Source: Octopus bimaculoides
Lineage: Eukaryota
NCBI RefSeq assembly: GCF_001194135.2
Contig: NC_068993.1
Coordinates: forward strand, 23,128,971 to 23,189,449
Direction of reading: 5' to 3'
Length of the DNA stretch: 60,479 nucleotides
Positions within the stretch are counted from its first letter, which is position 1; every line of letters starts with the position of its first letter. A program made the translations under genes and the position numbers. Below, one piece after another: positions 14,101 to 27,559 of the stretch. Below the pieces are notes generated by a model that was not told where the DNA came from, made no database searches, and worked only from the letters and a program-made list of their open reading frames with translations.

Positions 14101-14862
14101 TGCAACCTCAATGCATGGATAGTGAATAAGATCATCGAAGGTTCAGTAGAGATTACAAATTAATTATTAATTTTCAGCTGTTTAATTTCCTAAGAAATCG
14201 TTTATTGAATGGAATCCGCAGGAACATGAGCTATCATGCAGAAGGAAGGAGCAGCTCATTATTATATATCGTTAATTCTAGATGTATTTCTATCTAAACT
14301 AATATTCTACACTTCACAAAGATTAAGGTTCAGCCTATCTATTGTAAGTGAGGATGTAATGAAGCATGTCATTTCTTGACACAACACAGTGGTAGGGAAG
14401 GAGGGATGACAAATAACAATTTTACTTGCAGACACCTATAGGAAAGGAGAGAAGCAGTATATTGAATCAAAGAAAAAATTGCAATTCACAACAGGCATTA
14501 TGATACATACATAGAAATAATTTTACCTGTATTGCAATATTGAAAGGTTACAATTCAGATGTATATTACAGAAGCTCATTTTCATAAATAAAAATAATTC
14601 CGGGTATTAAAAGATAGAAATAAATTAAATAAGGTAAATTTCTTACTGAAGCCATTAAATTATTTCAGCTGCCTCTGCACTGTCTTCAACGCCACATTGT
14701 CAATAGTATAAAGAGCATACTGCCTTTGTTCCTTGATACAATACATATCTGCTTATTCAGCTGTCAGGAACATTCGGATTGTAGAACTTCAGACTAAACC
14801 TCACTTAAGTTGAGTATGTTTATAATTATGAATATTGTCATGCTTATTATTTCTTCTTTTAA

Positions 14863-14932
14863 GGACTGGGGTCAATGTAATCGACTTATCCCCTCACACA
14901 AAATGACTGGCCTTGTGTCAAACTTTGAAACC
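14863..14932 (+). mobile_element. 3' tail fragment of the SINE family seen at 39041-39251 and 42575-42781
   Basis: actggggtcaatgtaatcgacttatcccctc...actggccttgtgtcaaa matches the 3' ends of those copies. Confidence 0.6.
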
Positions 14933-14974
14933 TCATATTATACTGGTTTACAAAAGATTTTTTTTTTTGCTTTC

Positions 14975-16941
14975 AGTCAAGGATGTGAATAGGTGTTTTT
15001 TACTAATTTTGATGTTGTGAATTCAATTGTCTGAACAGTTTAGCTCTATCAGCTCTAGGTTCCATTTTAATTATACTGCATATAAATTCAAAATATAATG
15101 TTTATTTCATCTGTTAAAAAGGCATATTACAGAAAAATACAGAATAGATACAGAACATTGATGGAACTAAATAAAATACACACAAACGATAGTAAGGCAG
15201 ACAGTTAGAAGTGAATTTTTGGGGGATGATCTTGTGTACTTTGCCTGCAGGATGTCAAACAAGAGCATCCAGCAAAAGTCTCCCATCATGCTGGAGTTCC
15301 ACATGCCTTGGTATTTGCTCTCCATGTTAGTGCAAGCTTTCCCCATGCTCATCACTCACTGTTCCGAGCTTTGGAGGAAAGAAGTTGAGGTGGGAGTGGA
15401 GAAAGTGGATTTTGAGTGATATTCGACATCCAATATCCTCATAAGACTGCAACAAACTCTTGATACACTCTTGGTAATCCAGTACCCGTGTGTTACCATG
15501 GAAGCCATGCTCCTCCTTCAGCACCTCTCGGATCTGAGGTCCGACGAAGATACCCCCTTTGAGCTTACCAGAGCTCAGAGATGGGAACAAAGTGTACAAG
15601 TGGTGGAAGGCAGCGCCACTTTTGCCCATGGCCTTCACGAAATTCTTCATTAAACAAACCTTGATATGAAGTGGAGGAAGAAGGACTTTGTTCATGTCCG
15701 CCGGAGGATTTTCTTGGACACCGTGTTCACCAGCATGAAAGAGCCCCTAGATTCCCGGTCCTTCTGCTTGTAATACTTCGACACAACCCGACTGTCCCAG
15801 ATACAGAGAAAGTAACAGTACTTTGTGAAGCCTGCTTGCATACCCATAAGGAGCCCAGTAACATTAATGTCTCCGCAAAGACTCCACTAGTCACGGAGAT
15901 TATCTGAATGGGGAACAGATCTCATAGCTGAGGGAAGGTTGAGATATTTGATCTTTTTCCTAGAAGAAGCATTGAAACCTGATATATTTGCTAGACAAAA
16001 ATAATAATTATCTGGGTCGCTTCGTAGTTCTCTCCAGACCATCAGGACAGCAAAGTTGAAGGCTGCTTTCTTGCTGTTAAACCATGCAGGTAGTCCATTG
16101 TAGCAGGATTTGCAACAGATGTATGGAGCCAAGGATTTCTTCTGATCTACAATTTTAAAATCAAAATAATGAAAGTAAGCAGTTCTCAGGAGGGAAGTAA
16201 TTGTTCGTTCTGAGCAACTGTCATGAAATCCCCCAATACGTAGCAGAATGAATTTGCCTTCTTGATTCATCCTGGGTGTTTTGAAGTACCTGAAGCCCCT
16301 CTCGATATATTTATCATATGTATCATAAACAATCTGGAAAACAAAATAGAAATTGAAGTAGTTGTAAGCTGCCAACTTAATTTGACAGTCCCCTGAGGGG
16401 AATAATACTGCTGTTGGTTAGACCTAGGAAGCTGCACCGCTTCCTGTCGGCCTTGACACATTTCCTGTGTCCTTATGTTTACAAGGGAGAGACAAGCACC
16501 CCCACCCAGCTAAGCCTGCATCCAGAGACATGTTTCTGAGTCTTTGCTCGTCATCAGTCTGGAGTAGCATGACTTGCTAGTCGAAGATGCCCGTCGAGCT
16601 CTTGTAAACATATAATAATATAAGCGGTGCAGCTTCCTAGATCTAACCAACAGCAGTATTATTCCCTTCAGGGTACTGTCACATTACGTTGACAGCATAC
16701 AACTACTTCATCGTATCACTACTGCATAAATCTCTCTGAGAGATTTAGAAATGTATTATTTCTAAAAATAGAAATTGATCATATATATGTGGTTACGTGA
16801 ATTACCGCATAATCATAATATATATCGCAAATACTAGAGGTAATGTGTGAAAACTGCTTTTGCATCTGAAATCAGCACCCCAAAATTAGGCTTCAACAAC
16901 TGTTTTATTAATGTTTGCCTCAATTTCTCTGTTAACCAGTG
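14975..16941 (-). mobile_element. Chapaev3-like (CMC superfamily) DNA transposon, internally deleted
   Basis: N-terminal zinc-finger block CCKSCYNGLPAWF..FAVLMVWRE..DNYYFC..YLNLPSAMRSVPH (15887-16375). C-terminal LLPPLHIK..KLKGGIFVGPQIR..KIHFLHSHLNFFP..VSDEHGE..MESKYQGMW..MMGDFCWML (15270-15695). The 5' end begins CACTG (16941), with subterminal inverted repeats at about 14995-15028 and 16866-16897. Confidence 0.8.
16354..16710. repeat. About 89-bp inverted repeat (16354-16442 / 16622-16710) inside the Chapaev3 5' region
   Basis: tgaagtagttgtaagctgccaacttaatttgacagtcccctgaggggaataatactgctgttggttagacctaggaagctgcaccgctt matches the reverse complement of 16622-16710 with only a few mismatches. 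Confidence 0.9.
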
Positions 16942-19037
16942 TTATTATAGTTATTTTTAGAGATCTCTAATTTATCAAGAACTTGACATTTAGAGAACAG
17001 AGAATGCAATATGTTTTTTATGGTTTCAGATTAAATGACTTCCTCTGAGATACTGAGAGTTTTTGATACATTTTTCGGAATACGTTTAATTTCTTGTTAA
17101 TGTTTTACTTTACGAACACATATTCATTGTTCAAATTTATGATCAAACGTATTCTGCCGTCCCTTTTCTTTCAGACATTACAACCAATGCTACGGTTTTT
17201 TAAAATATACTTTCATACAGTGATTACGGAACATTTCTTATCAATGTTCGGAAGAGCGAACAGCTCGGAGCCTTCATCGTCCAGGCTTTGATTTCTTCGA
17301 AATGTTCATTTGTGAGATGAAACAAACAACTGAAGATATGGGTAAAAGATATCACGCCTGGTGACATCAAAATTCATGATTTACTAATAGGCACAGATTG
17401 TGTCTACATTGTTTGAAGCTAAAGGTTAAAGGTATATAAAGTTACAACAATGTTATTACATCACTGGATACAAGCGAATACATACACATAAACACAAGGA
17501 TATAAAAATATGATATACAACGTATGTGCGCTAAGCAGTGATGTGCATAAATACAATCTTGTTACCAGTTCATAATATGCTTCAGTTATATTCAGACTCG
17601 TAAGAAAACCATTCACTGTGTTTTGTCATAGAAAGAATTTATCGGGTTAGACAAACAAGTTTAAATACACCGAGTCAGATCATAGGGTGACCTAAATAGA
17701 ATGTAGCGCCTAACTAGCCACCGAAATACATGCATGTCGGAGTGTTTATCTCCTCTTCCGCTACAGAAACCAGAAAGGTGTTGCGAACTGACACTAGAGA
17801 AAGGTCTCTCTTGTTGAAATTCATATTTGTACACTGGGTACTGGATCTACATTTATTGTATTCATTTTCAACGATTTATTCTTTGCTTTCTGTAAAAATT
17901 TGGTATTTTACTTTCGTAGTCAATATAATATTCTACAAGTATATAATTTTATAAATAATATTTTGAAAACTTGAATAGCCATTTAAGTTTGATAAAATAG
18001 TAATGCATAAACAATACTGCAACCACTAAAATAACAAGGCTCTATTGGATTTTTTATCTGGCGAAAAGATTTTTTAGAGCAAATAAAAAAGGAGATTTTT
18101 TTATAGAATTTTAATTATTTAACCAATCGGTAGGAGATACTAAAATTATTCTATCAACACTCATCTTTGATTGAATATTATTTATTTGGTTGTCTTCAAA
18201 CAATTAGAATTTCAAATGAATTTTACCACTGTACATAATTGCTATCGCTTCACTAAATTCCCACTTGAACAAAAATCAAACGAAGACAATATATCAACAA
18301 AAGCAAACAACCATAAAATTCTATTATATATTTGAGATGAGGAGAAAGAGGAAAAAACAAAATAAACAATAGCCAAAAATGCATTGCGGTAGTAATGACA
18401 ATGCTACGCAGAAAATGGGAGACCCATAAACTTTCCAGACAATCACGATTATTTTTGAAGACTGTTTATTATTTTTTTTTCAGAAGTTCGCTAACATATT
18501 AAAATGACTTCTATCAGATAATAAATATATTTACTGAAATTGCTAATAGCTTGAGAAAATACTGAGAGCATGCTATTAATAAGATAAGCAGTCAAGTGAT
18601 AAATAGTGAGAAGTCTTCCAAATATTTAATTTCGAAATTTCTTTTGAGGTATTTCTTGTAATTACTGATTACATATTACAGACATGTATACACACACANN
18701 NNNNNNNNNNNNNNNNNNNNNNNNNNNNNNNNNNNNNNNNNNNNNNNNNNNNNNNNNNNNNNNNNNNNNNNNNNNNNNNNNNNNNNNNNNNNNNNNNNNN
18801 NNNNNNNNNNNNNNNNNNNNNNNNNNNNNNNNNNNNNNNNNNNNNNNNNNNNNNNNNNNNNNNNNNNNNNNNNNNNNNNNNNNNNNNNNNNNNNNNNNNN
18901 NNNNNNNNNNNNNNNNNTATATATATATGCATACATAAATATATACGTATGTATATATATATATATGTGTGTGTGTATATATACTCTTACATATCAATGC
19001 TTTGTTTGTTTTCCTCATGCTGCACATGTATGCACAC

Positions 19038-19082
<45 letters not shown>

Positions 19083-19745
19083 ATATTCATGAAGTGTGTA
19101 GTTGTGTACGTACTTGTATGCTTGTTTATGAAAATGTTAACGAAAATTTTTGAAGGCAATTCACTATTACGTTTTTCTTTATATGCTTTTGTATGTTTGT
19201 ATAGGTATGTATATTCATATTATATATATAGGTGTGTGTCTGCGCGTGTGTGTATACTTGTATAATTTGCCTATGTACAGACGATTGAAGCGTCTACAAA
19301 CGTTACAATATTCTCCATATTAGATCTAGATGGTCATAGTTGAAATTGCTACCATTAATATGCAGTAATGCAATTTCTCCTTGAACGACAATACGGCTAG
19401 CAGCGGATGATAAAATGTATTACGTGTACGTAAATTACCTCCAGCTCATTAATTATTCAACATCTTTAGTGTAAACAATAATCGAAATGATATATATTTA
19501 TACTTCAAAGACATGGCATTTGTGGTCCCATTCGTTCCATATTAACTTCCACGCATCTTGATATATATGTTCCAGTAGAATTCTAAATGCCTAGAATATT
19601 TGCAGTCGCAATAGATGTTTCGTGCAATATTGAGCAAAGGACAATTAAACGATAAAATCAACGTCTAGTTATAGGGACTTAATACACTGCTAAAATACTA
19701 AACGTATACAAATCTGCGTCTTTTATTGGTTTCCATTAAAAAAAG

Positions 19746-20125
19746 ACGTGACTGCGTGTTACGAAGCTTGCTTCCCAACCGAAGGGTTCTGGGTTCAGAC
19801 TTACTACGTAACACATTATTCGAATCTTTTCAGCCATAACTCCGAGTTGACCAAAAGCTTGTGAGTGGATTTGCTAGAGGGAAACTGAAACAAACGCATC
19901 ACACACAAATAAACATCCAGAAGTGTGTTTTCTGCGTACGTACTACATTACCGCTTGACAAAGCGTATTGGTTTGTCTGCGTTCATGTAACCTAACGGTC
20001 CGGTCAATGGGATCGATAGAATAAGTACCAAGTATTAACAGATTATAAGTACTTAAGTCGCTTCGTTCGACTAAAAACTTCAAGGTGGAGTTCTGGTAAG
20101 GCTGCAGTGAAATGGCTGAAAGATG
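19746..20125 (+). mobile_element. tRNA-derived SINE with a CORE-like block; same family as 45452-45896
   Basis: agcttgcttcccaacc..gggttcag head, gaccaaaagcttgtgagtggatttg core, gatagaataagtacc..cgactaaaa..aaatggctgaaa tail. Confidence 0.75.
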
Positions 20126-20869
20126 TAGAAGGTAATCATTAGATATGACAGCAAAATTTTAGTTGGCGTGTGCAATGAAAACTGCTTTGCATGAGAAGTA
20201 CTTTAAATTTTTTCCAACAGTGTAAAATGTAAAATATAAAATAATGAACGTCTTTTTGATTTTGACGAGGAATTAAAAATGGAATGATGACAAAGCAAAA
20301 TATGAACTAGATAAGGTTATTGACATCCTTAATCATAAAAGGATTAGCTACAGATTCGTTCAAAATTTCTTTGAGATGAATCATTTCTGCTCTAACTCTT
20401 TCGATTTGATCCTGCATATTGAACTCAAAATTTATATATATCGTACTTTACAGTTGCAGTTTGTGGAAACGCCCTTTTGAAACAACAGATAAAGTTAGAT
20501 AAATTTCACAATATAAACACATATAGAATATCAAAACTGACGGAAAAGTGATGATATGTATATTAAAACGCTTTGTACAATAGACAACCGCATATATATA
20601 AGTTATCAGTAATTAGCAAAGAACGAAATAATATTTTAATATTCGTATGTTTTATGCTTATAAACATGCATCTTACATCATCGAGTATAAACTTATGTAA
20701 TAAAAAAAAAACATATTGAGATATTTATTTAAACATAGGCATATTAAGGAAATATTAAATTTGTAAAGCAAACTATGACTAAATTTAGTGATAATAAATT
20801 TGTAAATGGTGATAAATGACCGCATAACGCATAGTGTTTAGTTTTGATTTTACTACGGTTGAGAAAATT

Positions 20870-21640
20870 TCATGTTCTTTTTTTTTTTTGAATGAAATTA
20901 GTTTCCCTATTGTAACTTTTATACTGTCATCGCCTTCAAATTATTCTCCATTTGGAGCAATGCATCGAACTAGGCAGGTTTTGCACGTTTCGAAGCAGTG
21001 CTGGAACTCTTGCAAAATGATGTCTTTTTACGCCTCTGTCGTGTTTATCTCCACCTCTTCGACATCAGCAAATTTCAAAACAGCAGCTTTCGTCACCACT
21101 TCCAACTATTCTTTCAGATCACGACACACATTCACTCGTGACTACTTGTGATTTTCCATGAGCAAGCGAGGTACAAATTTAGCCGCATCTCTTTTCATTC
21201 GCAATTCCTCGCCAAGAATTCGTTAGCAATGGCTCTGGCACACACCAGTCATATTGGCAATTTCGTCAATTGTTTGGTGACGGTCCTCGAAGATCATTTC
21301 ATGGATTTTCATGATGTTTTCATTCTTTCAGGAGGACGACGTTCGTCCTCAGCGGGGTTCATTTTGAAGCGGCAAGTCAATTCCTAAAGCGTGAAAACAA
21401 CTCGTAAACGTTTATTTTGGTAATGAAAGCATCTCTGTAAGTTGTATGAAGCAAGACAACTGATTCGACCGCCGCTTTCCCCCAGAAGAAAACAGAATTT
21501 CACGGAAGCATGCAGTTCCTTCTTTTCAGCCATCGCAAAAATCGATGAACAGGGGAAAACCATTGCTAACAAAGACGCACCATATAACAGTACAACATCA
21601 ACAGGAAACGTTGGTCGACACACTGATCCCTGAGGGTCGT
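20870..21640 (-). mobile_element. Internally deleted mariner element
   Basis: Minus strand reads MAEKKELHASVKFCFLLG..EDERRP..IHEMIFEDRHQTIDEIANMTG..MCRDLKE*LEV, joined directly to KFADVEEVEINTTEA*KDIILQEFQHCFE..RCIAPNGE*FEGD. The catalytic core is missing. Confidence 0.85.
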
Positions 21641-21759
21641 ACCACGTGACTTCTTGCAGTGAAAGTTTTAACTACAACAGGTTTGTCCCATAGAGAACGT
21701 TTCCAGTAACTTTTAGGTACCCTTGTAAGCAATTTTGCCAAACTATAATGGTAAAAACC

Positions 21760-22150
21760 AATATATGGATCCCAGCAGCGGGAAATTTAGACAGTGTCAC
21801 ATGACAACTAGCTGGGGCTGCCTGCTGGAGCCTAGCAGCAGATATAAAAAGGGGAACTTGACATGACGATCAGTCGGACGCTGACACTCGTTGATGCTGC
21901 ATCGAAGAGGCCAGGGAATAGAAGAAAGAAGACATACACCCAACACCAGAGCTGAAGACACCTCCGAAAGGAGGGGCCCCGCCACGTCAAAACGGTAGAG
22001 GAGTAGGGGCCGAAACCGGACGTGGTTCCTACTGATGATGTCTTGAGCTAACTGGATCCTATAAAGGAGCTGTTGTGGTAGCAGACCACGAAACATGGTT
22101 GAAATTCCTCCATTGGTGATTTTAATTACACTCTGGTCAGAATAGAATAT
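21760..22150 (+). other. GC-rich island resembling a solo LTR or PLE terminal repeat, with hammerhead-like motifs
   Basis: TATAAAAA at 21843; CTGAAGA at 21952, GAAAC at 22012, CTGATGA at 22032, GAAAC at 22090; several hairpins. Family not identified. Confidence 0.35.
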
Positions 22151-22669
22151 TAAATACTATCCCTACGGCTAGAAGTTAATAATCTCATGAATGTCGTGCT
22201 AGAATGCTGTTATCTCCAAGGTATCAATTTTCTTTTTGTGATTACGTCTACTAAATCAAAGTATACACTTAGTTTTTAATTAACCTTAATTTCTATCACT
22301 CAAAGATTTGTTAACCAATATGTTAAAAGGTCTGAGCAATAACTAGTTAAATGAATTTCGATATATAGCACTTACCCTAGAAACGATTGGGTTAAGAAAC
22401 TTTATACATATCTAAAAATCATTCATGTTAAAAAATGCTCCCCTGAGTTCATTTTCATTTTATTTTGCTAGTATTTGATATAGCTAGCAAATCTTGTACA
22501 CAACAAAAGTGCATACGCGGAAGTTTTCATCTAGCTAATTGCCATAGTCTACTCCTGTGACTGTTATTATAGCACCTGATCCCAACAATCTCGCATTTCA
22601 ATGGCGTATACAATATACCTGTTATGATTGTTTGGGTTAAATGTAAAAGCAACATTCCCTAGTGGGGGT

Positions 22670-22960
22670 TGAGCGCCTTGAAGATCAACAAGGTAGAGGA
22701 CGTCCATCCATGATAATCAGCATTTGTAAATAATAGTCTAGGATGACACTGCAGAAGCTCACAGTCTTGGTATTTGAAACTTTACCATGTCCTCTATATT
22801 CTTCTGAAAGTTCCCTCACCGACTATCACTTCTTCAAGCAACTAGACACTTTTTACGGCAAAAGACTTTCCATTCCAAAACCGAGGTCGAAATTAAATTC
22901 AAGGATTTCTTGGCATCATAACCTTTGGATTTTTATCGAAGAGGCATATTAAATGATTAA
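22670..22960 (+). mobile_element. Internally deleted mariner remnant
   Basis: LEDQQGRGRP (N-terminal) followed shortly by MTLQKLTVLVFETLPCPLYSSESSLTDYHFFKQLDTF..FKDFLAS*PLDFYRRGI. Confidence 0.75.
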
Positions 22961-23779
22961 ACCTTTCTATAAGTTCAGTTTTTCAAGAATATAGCCTTGC
23001 TTTTAAAATCATTGATTCTTTTCCGAAAAACGTATTGGCAGCAACGTAGTGGGAAGAAAGCAAAGGACAACAACTAAAATGATTAGAAGAGGTAATCCTT
23101 TATTGAATAATCTGTCGAAATATCATCCTTCAGAATCACTTTAAAACTATACCTACTGCATCAAGTTACTTTTAACTCCTCGACAAGTTATATTGTTTTC
23201 TTAACCCAGTAAGAGTAATTAATAGCATAATAGAAATTATTCCTAACACCTAAATATATAATTTGTACATCATGATAAATTATTTTGTATATTATTTTAT
23301 TTGTCTCATAAATGTATTTCTATAATTAAAAGAATTATTATTTTCCTTTGTAATAAATGAATTACCATAATGAATATGTAGAAATTTTACAATACAAAAA
23401 TACAGGTAATATCGAAGTCGGATATGAAGAAGCTAATTAGCTGATTATCATTATCTTTTTTATTGTACATTACATAACCTTGTCTACGTCACATCAGCAC
23501 ACCACCTTTCACTGAAACAAACTCCTTCCCTTATACACAAACACGAAATAACTGGAGCTGCTTGAAACAAACATAGTTACCGGTCCTGAAGATATCCTTT
23601 CTATCAGACACGAGTGCTACGCCACATATATTTATTTGTATACTCACATATTTGAAGCAACATTTCAATATGTGCCATGCCAAAACAGAAAAGACATAAA
23701 ATAATGGCTGAAAAAAAGTGTGGTCCTATTGTTCTTATTTCTAATGTTTTAAGGATAATGGAGGGAACCATTATAAATG

Positions 23780-24300
23780 ACGTTCACCCTCGCCATGAAA
23801 AGTTCGTTCGCTTTAGGTATCATCAGAACGGATAGGGCCAGGTCCATACATAACTTTCTCGTACATGCCAGTTGGCTCTTGTTTTGCAGTATTTCTTTGG
23901 AAAATATATCGATGATCAAAATATTGAAAGCGTTTGACTGTGTGTGGCATATAAATTTCAATTCAAAAATTCTTTATACAAGAATCCATCTACTTCTTAT
24001 CACTAGAATATGCATTTCCCTATCAGATTACACCATCGTGTGATATGTTGGCAGTGCTACTTCTACCTGACAAGAAATCATACTTTGCTTTCTTTAGGTT
24101 TCAGTTTGGCTTCCACATGCTTTTTTTAAACGCATCAGTAATCTACTTCCCTTTCTCTACATTCGAAAAACACACGCTCCTATGCACCTGATAAGACGCT
24201 TCAGTGCTTTCTAAATTTCCCTGACCACGCACGAACCTCGTACATCATACATCAGAGCCGCATTGATTCCATAAAATTTGCTTGCTCCTTGGAATCACAC
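23780..24300 (+). mobile_element. Decayed CR1/L2/Jockey-like non-LTR reverse transcriptase fragment
   Basis: RSIHNFLVHASW..ILKAFDCVWHINFNSKI resembles the D(I/L)SKAFDxVWHxxLxxKL motif of this group. Confidence 0.5.
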
Positions 24301-26071
24301 TAACCTTGTCTTTTTTAGCATAAAAAATACAAAGAAAAAACAAAAAATGTTACGGTTCTAAATATATAACGAAGACAAAGCCACACCAAACACACATGCG
24401 CAATATAATGATGTGTAGCACTGAATTAGAAACCTCATATTTACTATAATGTTAGGGCTGAATACCAACGAGGCTCTCTTGTAGTGAAATCTGATTCTTG
24501 GTATAGAAAGGGCCACATCCTAAAGTGTAAACCTTTTCATCAGCCTGACGACATTTCAGCTCTCAAAAACTGTCCTCACTCAACGAGGCTTAATTCAGAC
24601 ATAGAATGGAATACTGCACTCCGATCTGCGGCTGTGCTGCTACGCGCAATGATATCTTAGCCAGAATCCAGGGAATAGGAACTTGACTGCTTTGCATAAA
24701 GTGACTAACGCGCACATTCAAATCTTTAGTCTACAGAAGTAGTTTCCACTCTGTCTCCTTTAATTCACCGCCATAATAGACTGAGCTAACTTTTCCGATA
24801 TTCTCTACCATCCAGGTACTCCCGAACTGCTTGTCTCTCTACATTTCGCGCACTAATAGTATACCCCAAAATTCTAGTTCTTTCTATATCGAACATATCT
24901 GTCTGAAAATATCTCCCTGCTAACGTCTTATATGCTGATGTACCAAGTAACCTTTTAATCAGTATATTTACGGCATTAGCCTTACCGCTCTTGTAGGACC
25001 TGCAGTGGTCATAGCAGTGCCTCTTCATTCAAGTAAAACGTATAATATTCCTATTCTGAACGGGAATAGCACATTATCCCAAAATGTTCAATATAACACA
25101 GACGTATAAGTTACTAAGATATGAACTTCTTTGGTCATGCACATTATGTTCTTGTCGACTTCCATGTTATAAACTTATTATTTGCTTTTTAAAGTATGTG
25201 TATAATTACGTATATCTCTCCATGATTCAACTTACAAAAGATAAACTACATACCTTTCAGACGCCAACTGTGATGTTTTCGTTAGTATATTAACTGACAG
25301 CTTGCAGTCGGATTATATTTACCTGTGATTAATGGAGCAATTTGCAGGCGTTGCACAATTCGTTGCAACAGAGAAGAAAATTATATAAATAATTATATAT
25401 CGTGTGTACTGTTGTTTAAAATCATTGCACATCCGAAATGCGCAATGTTCACTTCTAATGATGTGCAATGTTTGATGGGAGGAGAGCTCCCGGTTATTTA
25501 AAATGTAAACATTTCAAATGTCTAAGTTACTGAAGGTAACATGAGTATACTTAACTTCGTTCGAAATTCTGCACATCTAAATTTCACTCAATCACTGAAT
25601 CTGTGGTTACTAACTAAGCCTGGAAGTGAAATATATTCAACGAATATATAAATATATTCGATGATTATTTTCTTTCTTCTTTTATTTCTCCCGAAGAAAG
25701 AAACTACAAAGCTGATTATTTACTTTAGGATGATAATGTGTTACGGAATCTCATTGGAAGTAAAATAACATAATCTAAGCAATAAGCCTTTTTCTAAGCA
25801 GAATAAGTCACATTGGAATATAACGCTGGTCCTGTCTGTTGTGCGTTAAACGAAAATATTCAGAGATACACAAATATGTTTACATTAGTTTTCTTCAGTT
25901 TCTTCTTAAGGTATGACTGCTAGTATTTGCCTCGTGAATATATTCCGTTTTCAACTGAGGAAATGATGGCTATGCAGTAATATTAGTGTCTACTCTAAAC
26001 AAATTTAATTGAAATAATGTTCAGAGTGAATCAGTTGTTTACGTACCTATACATACACACCAACACATACG

Positions 26072-26107
<36 letters not shown>

Positions 26108-27461
26108 NNNNNNNNNNNNNNNNNNNNNNNNNNNNNNNNNNNNNNNNNNNNNNNNNNNNNNNNNNNNNNNNNNNNNNNNNNNNNNNNNNNNNNNNNNNNN
26201 NNNNNNNNNNNNNNNNNNNNNNNNNNNNNNNNNNNNNNNNNNNNNNNNNNNNNNNNNNNNNNNNNNNNNNNNNNNATATATATATATATATATACATGTA
26301 CCTATCACTATACATACAAACACGCATGTATAAATATGTAGGTATTAATGTGGGAAAACTGCAATATGCTTACAAATAGACTCAAAAATAATTTGAAGTA
26401 AAGAAACGAACAAGTATCAAAATTATTTCATTGATTTGATTTTGCTTTTTATAAATTCAGGTAACATAAATTCTAAAACGCACCAAATATTGTATTTTAT
26501 CTATTTATTTCACAAATATTTCGGCCCAGGAATGCAGAAATATATTGAAAGAAATGACGCATTCGTGTTTTTGATATTCTTGCGAACATTGAACTGAAAT
26601 CACTAAAATAAGGTTATGTCAAACTATCTCTAATCTGGTTACATGATTGCATCTATGTCATTCTGTAGATAATTGGAGGAGCAACGAATTCATTTATATG
26701 GGTTTTTTGATAACTGAAAACACATAAGATTATCAACTTCAATTTATTTAAGAGTTAACTCGTATTTATGCTCAGCATATGCAGAGTACATAAGCGTATT
26801 TGTTGTACGTCGGGATCATAAAGCTACACGTACCCCTTCTAACAGGTCCTCGTATATATCAAAAAGAGACTGAAACTCAAATAGGACTGGGGGAAGAAGG
26901 CCAGCTAGGTGACTAACAGATTCCACAACATACTAACAAATACAGACATACCTTGTTTGCAATTAGATGTTATGCCTCCGTTCTCATCTCATTCACTTTG
27001 TAATTAAAGTTCAGTTATGTACACTATATTATAAACATTTTGGAATAACCATCTGCATGACTCGTTTTTCAAACATAGTCTCATATGGTTCAATTTCAAA
27101 TTAAAAATCATCAATATCTACTATTTTGTCGTCCACAGAAAATCTGGAATTCCCAACTTGAGAGAAAACAGAAATTTGACATCCCATTCAACGTCCAGTA
27201 ACTAGTTTTTGCTTCTATGTTTATATGAATAAAGCACAACAAATAAGAAACATTACTTATTAACATTAGTGTATCTACACTTACAATATATCACCTTGTT
27301 TATATTTCTCGAAAAGTTATGCGTTTGAAGTGTAGTAAATTAATATTTTTCTCTCTTCGCAATCTAACAAATATTCACACGCAAATAAACCTACAAAGTA
27401 TACATATACATAGATACAGACATACATGAATGTGTTTGTGCCTGCTTATGTACGTAGAAAG

Positions 27462-27464
<3 letters not shown>

Positions 27465-27525
<61 letters not shown>

Positions 27526-27530
27526 TCCTC
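27465..27530. repeat. (ATCT)n microsatellite
   Basis: Directly visible. Confidence 0.95.
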
Positions 27531-27559
27531 TATCTATATCTATTGGCTAGCTTTTTCTC

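Noticed and set aside
13107-14129. ORFs of about 300 aa, and similar ones at 18.7, 26.0, 39.9, 54.0 and 58.3 kb
   Set aside because: They are open only because they span N-gaps, which are assembly artefacts.
17249-17270. cGGAAGAGC-gaaca-GCTC-GGAG, resembling a hammerhead core with stem II
   Set aside because: Both conserved core segments are mutated and there is no stem I or III; it may be a relic but cannot be supported.
24786-25028. 80-aa minus-strand ORF in a GC-richer block (24.5-25.0 kb)
   Set aside because: No motif I could recognise; probably a decayed TE. A tBLASTx/HMMER search is needed to classify it.
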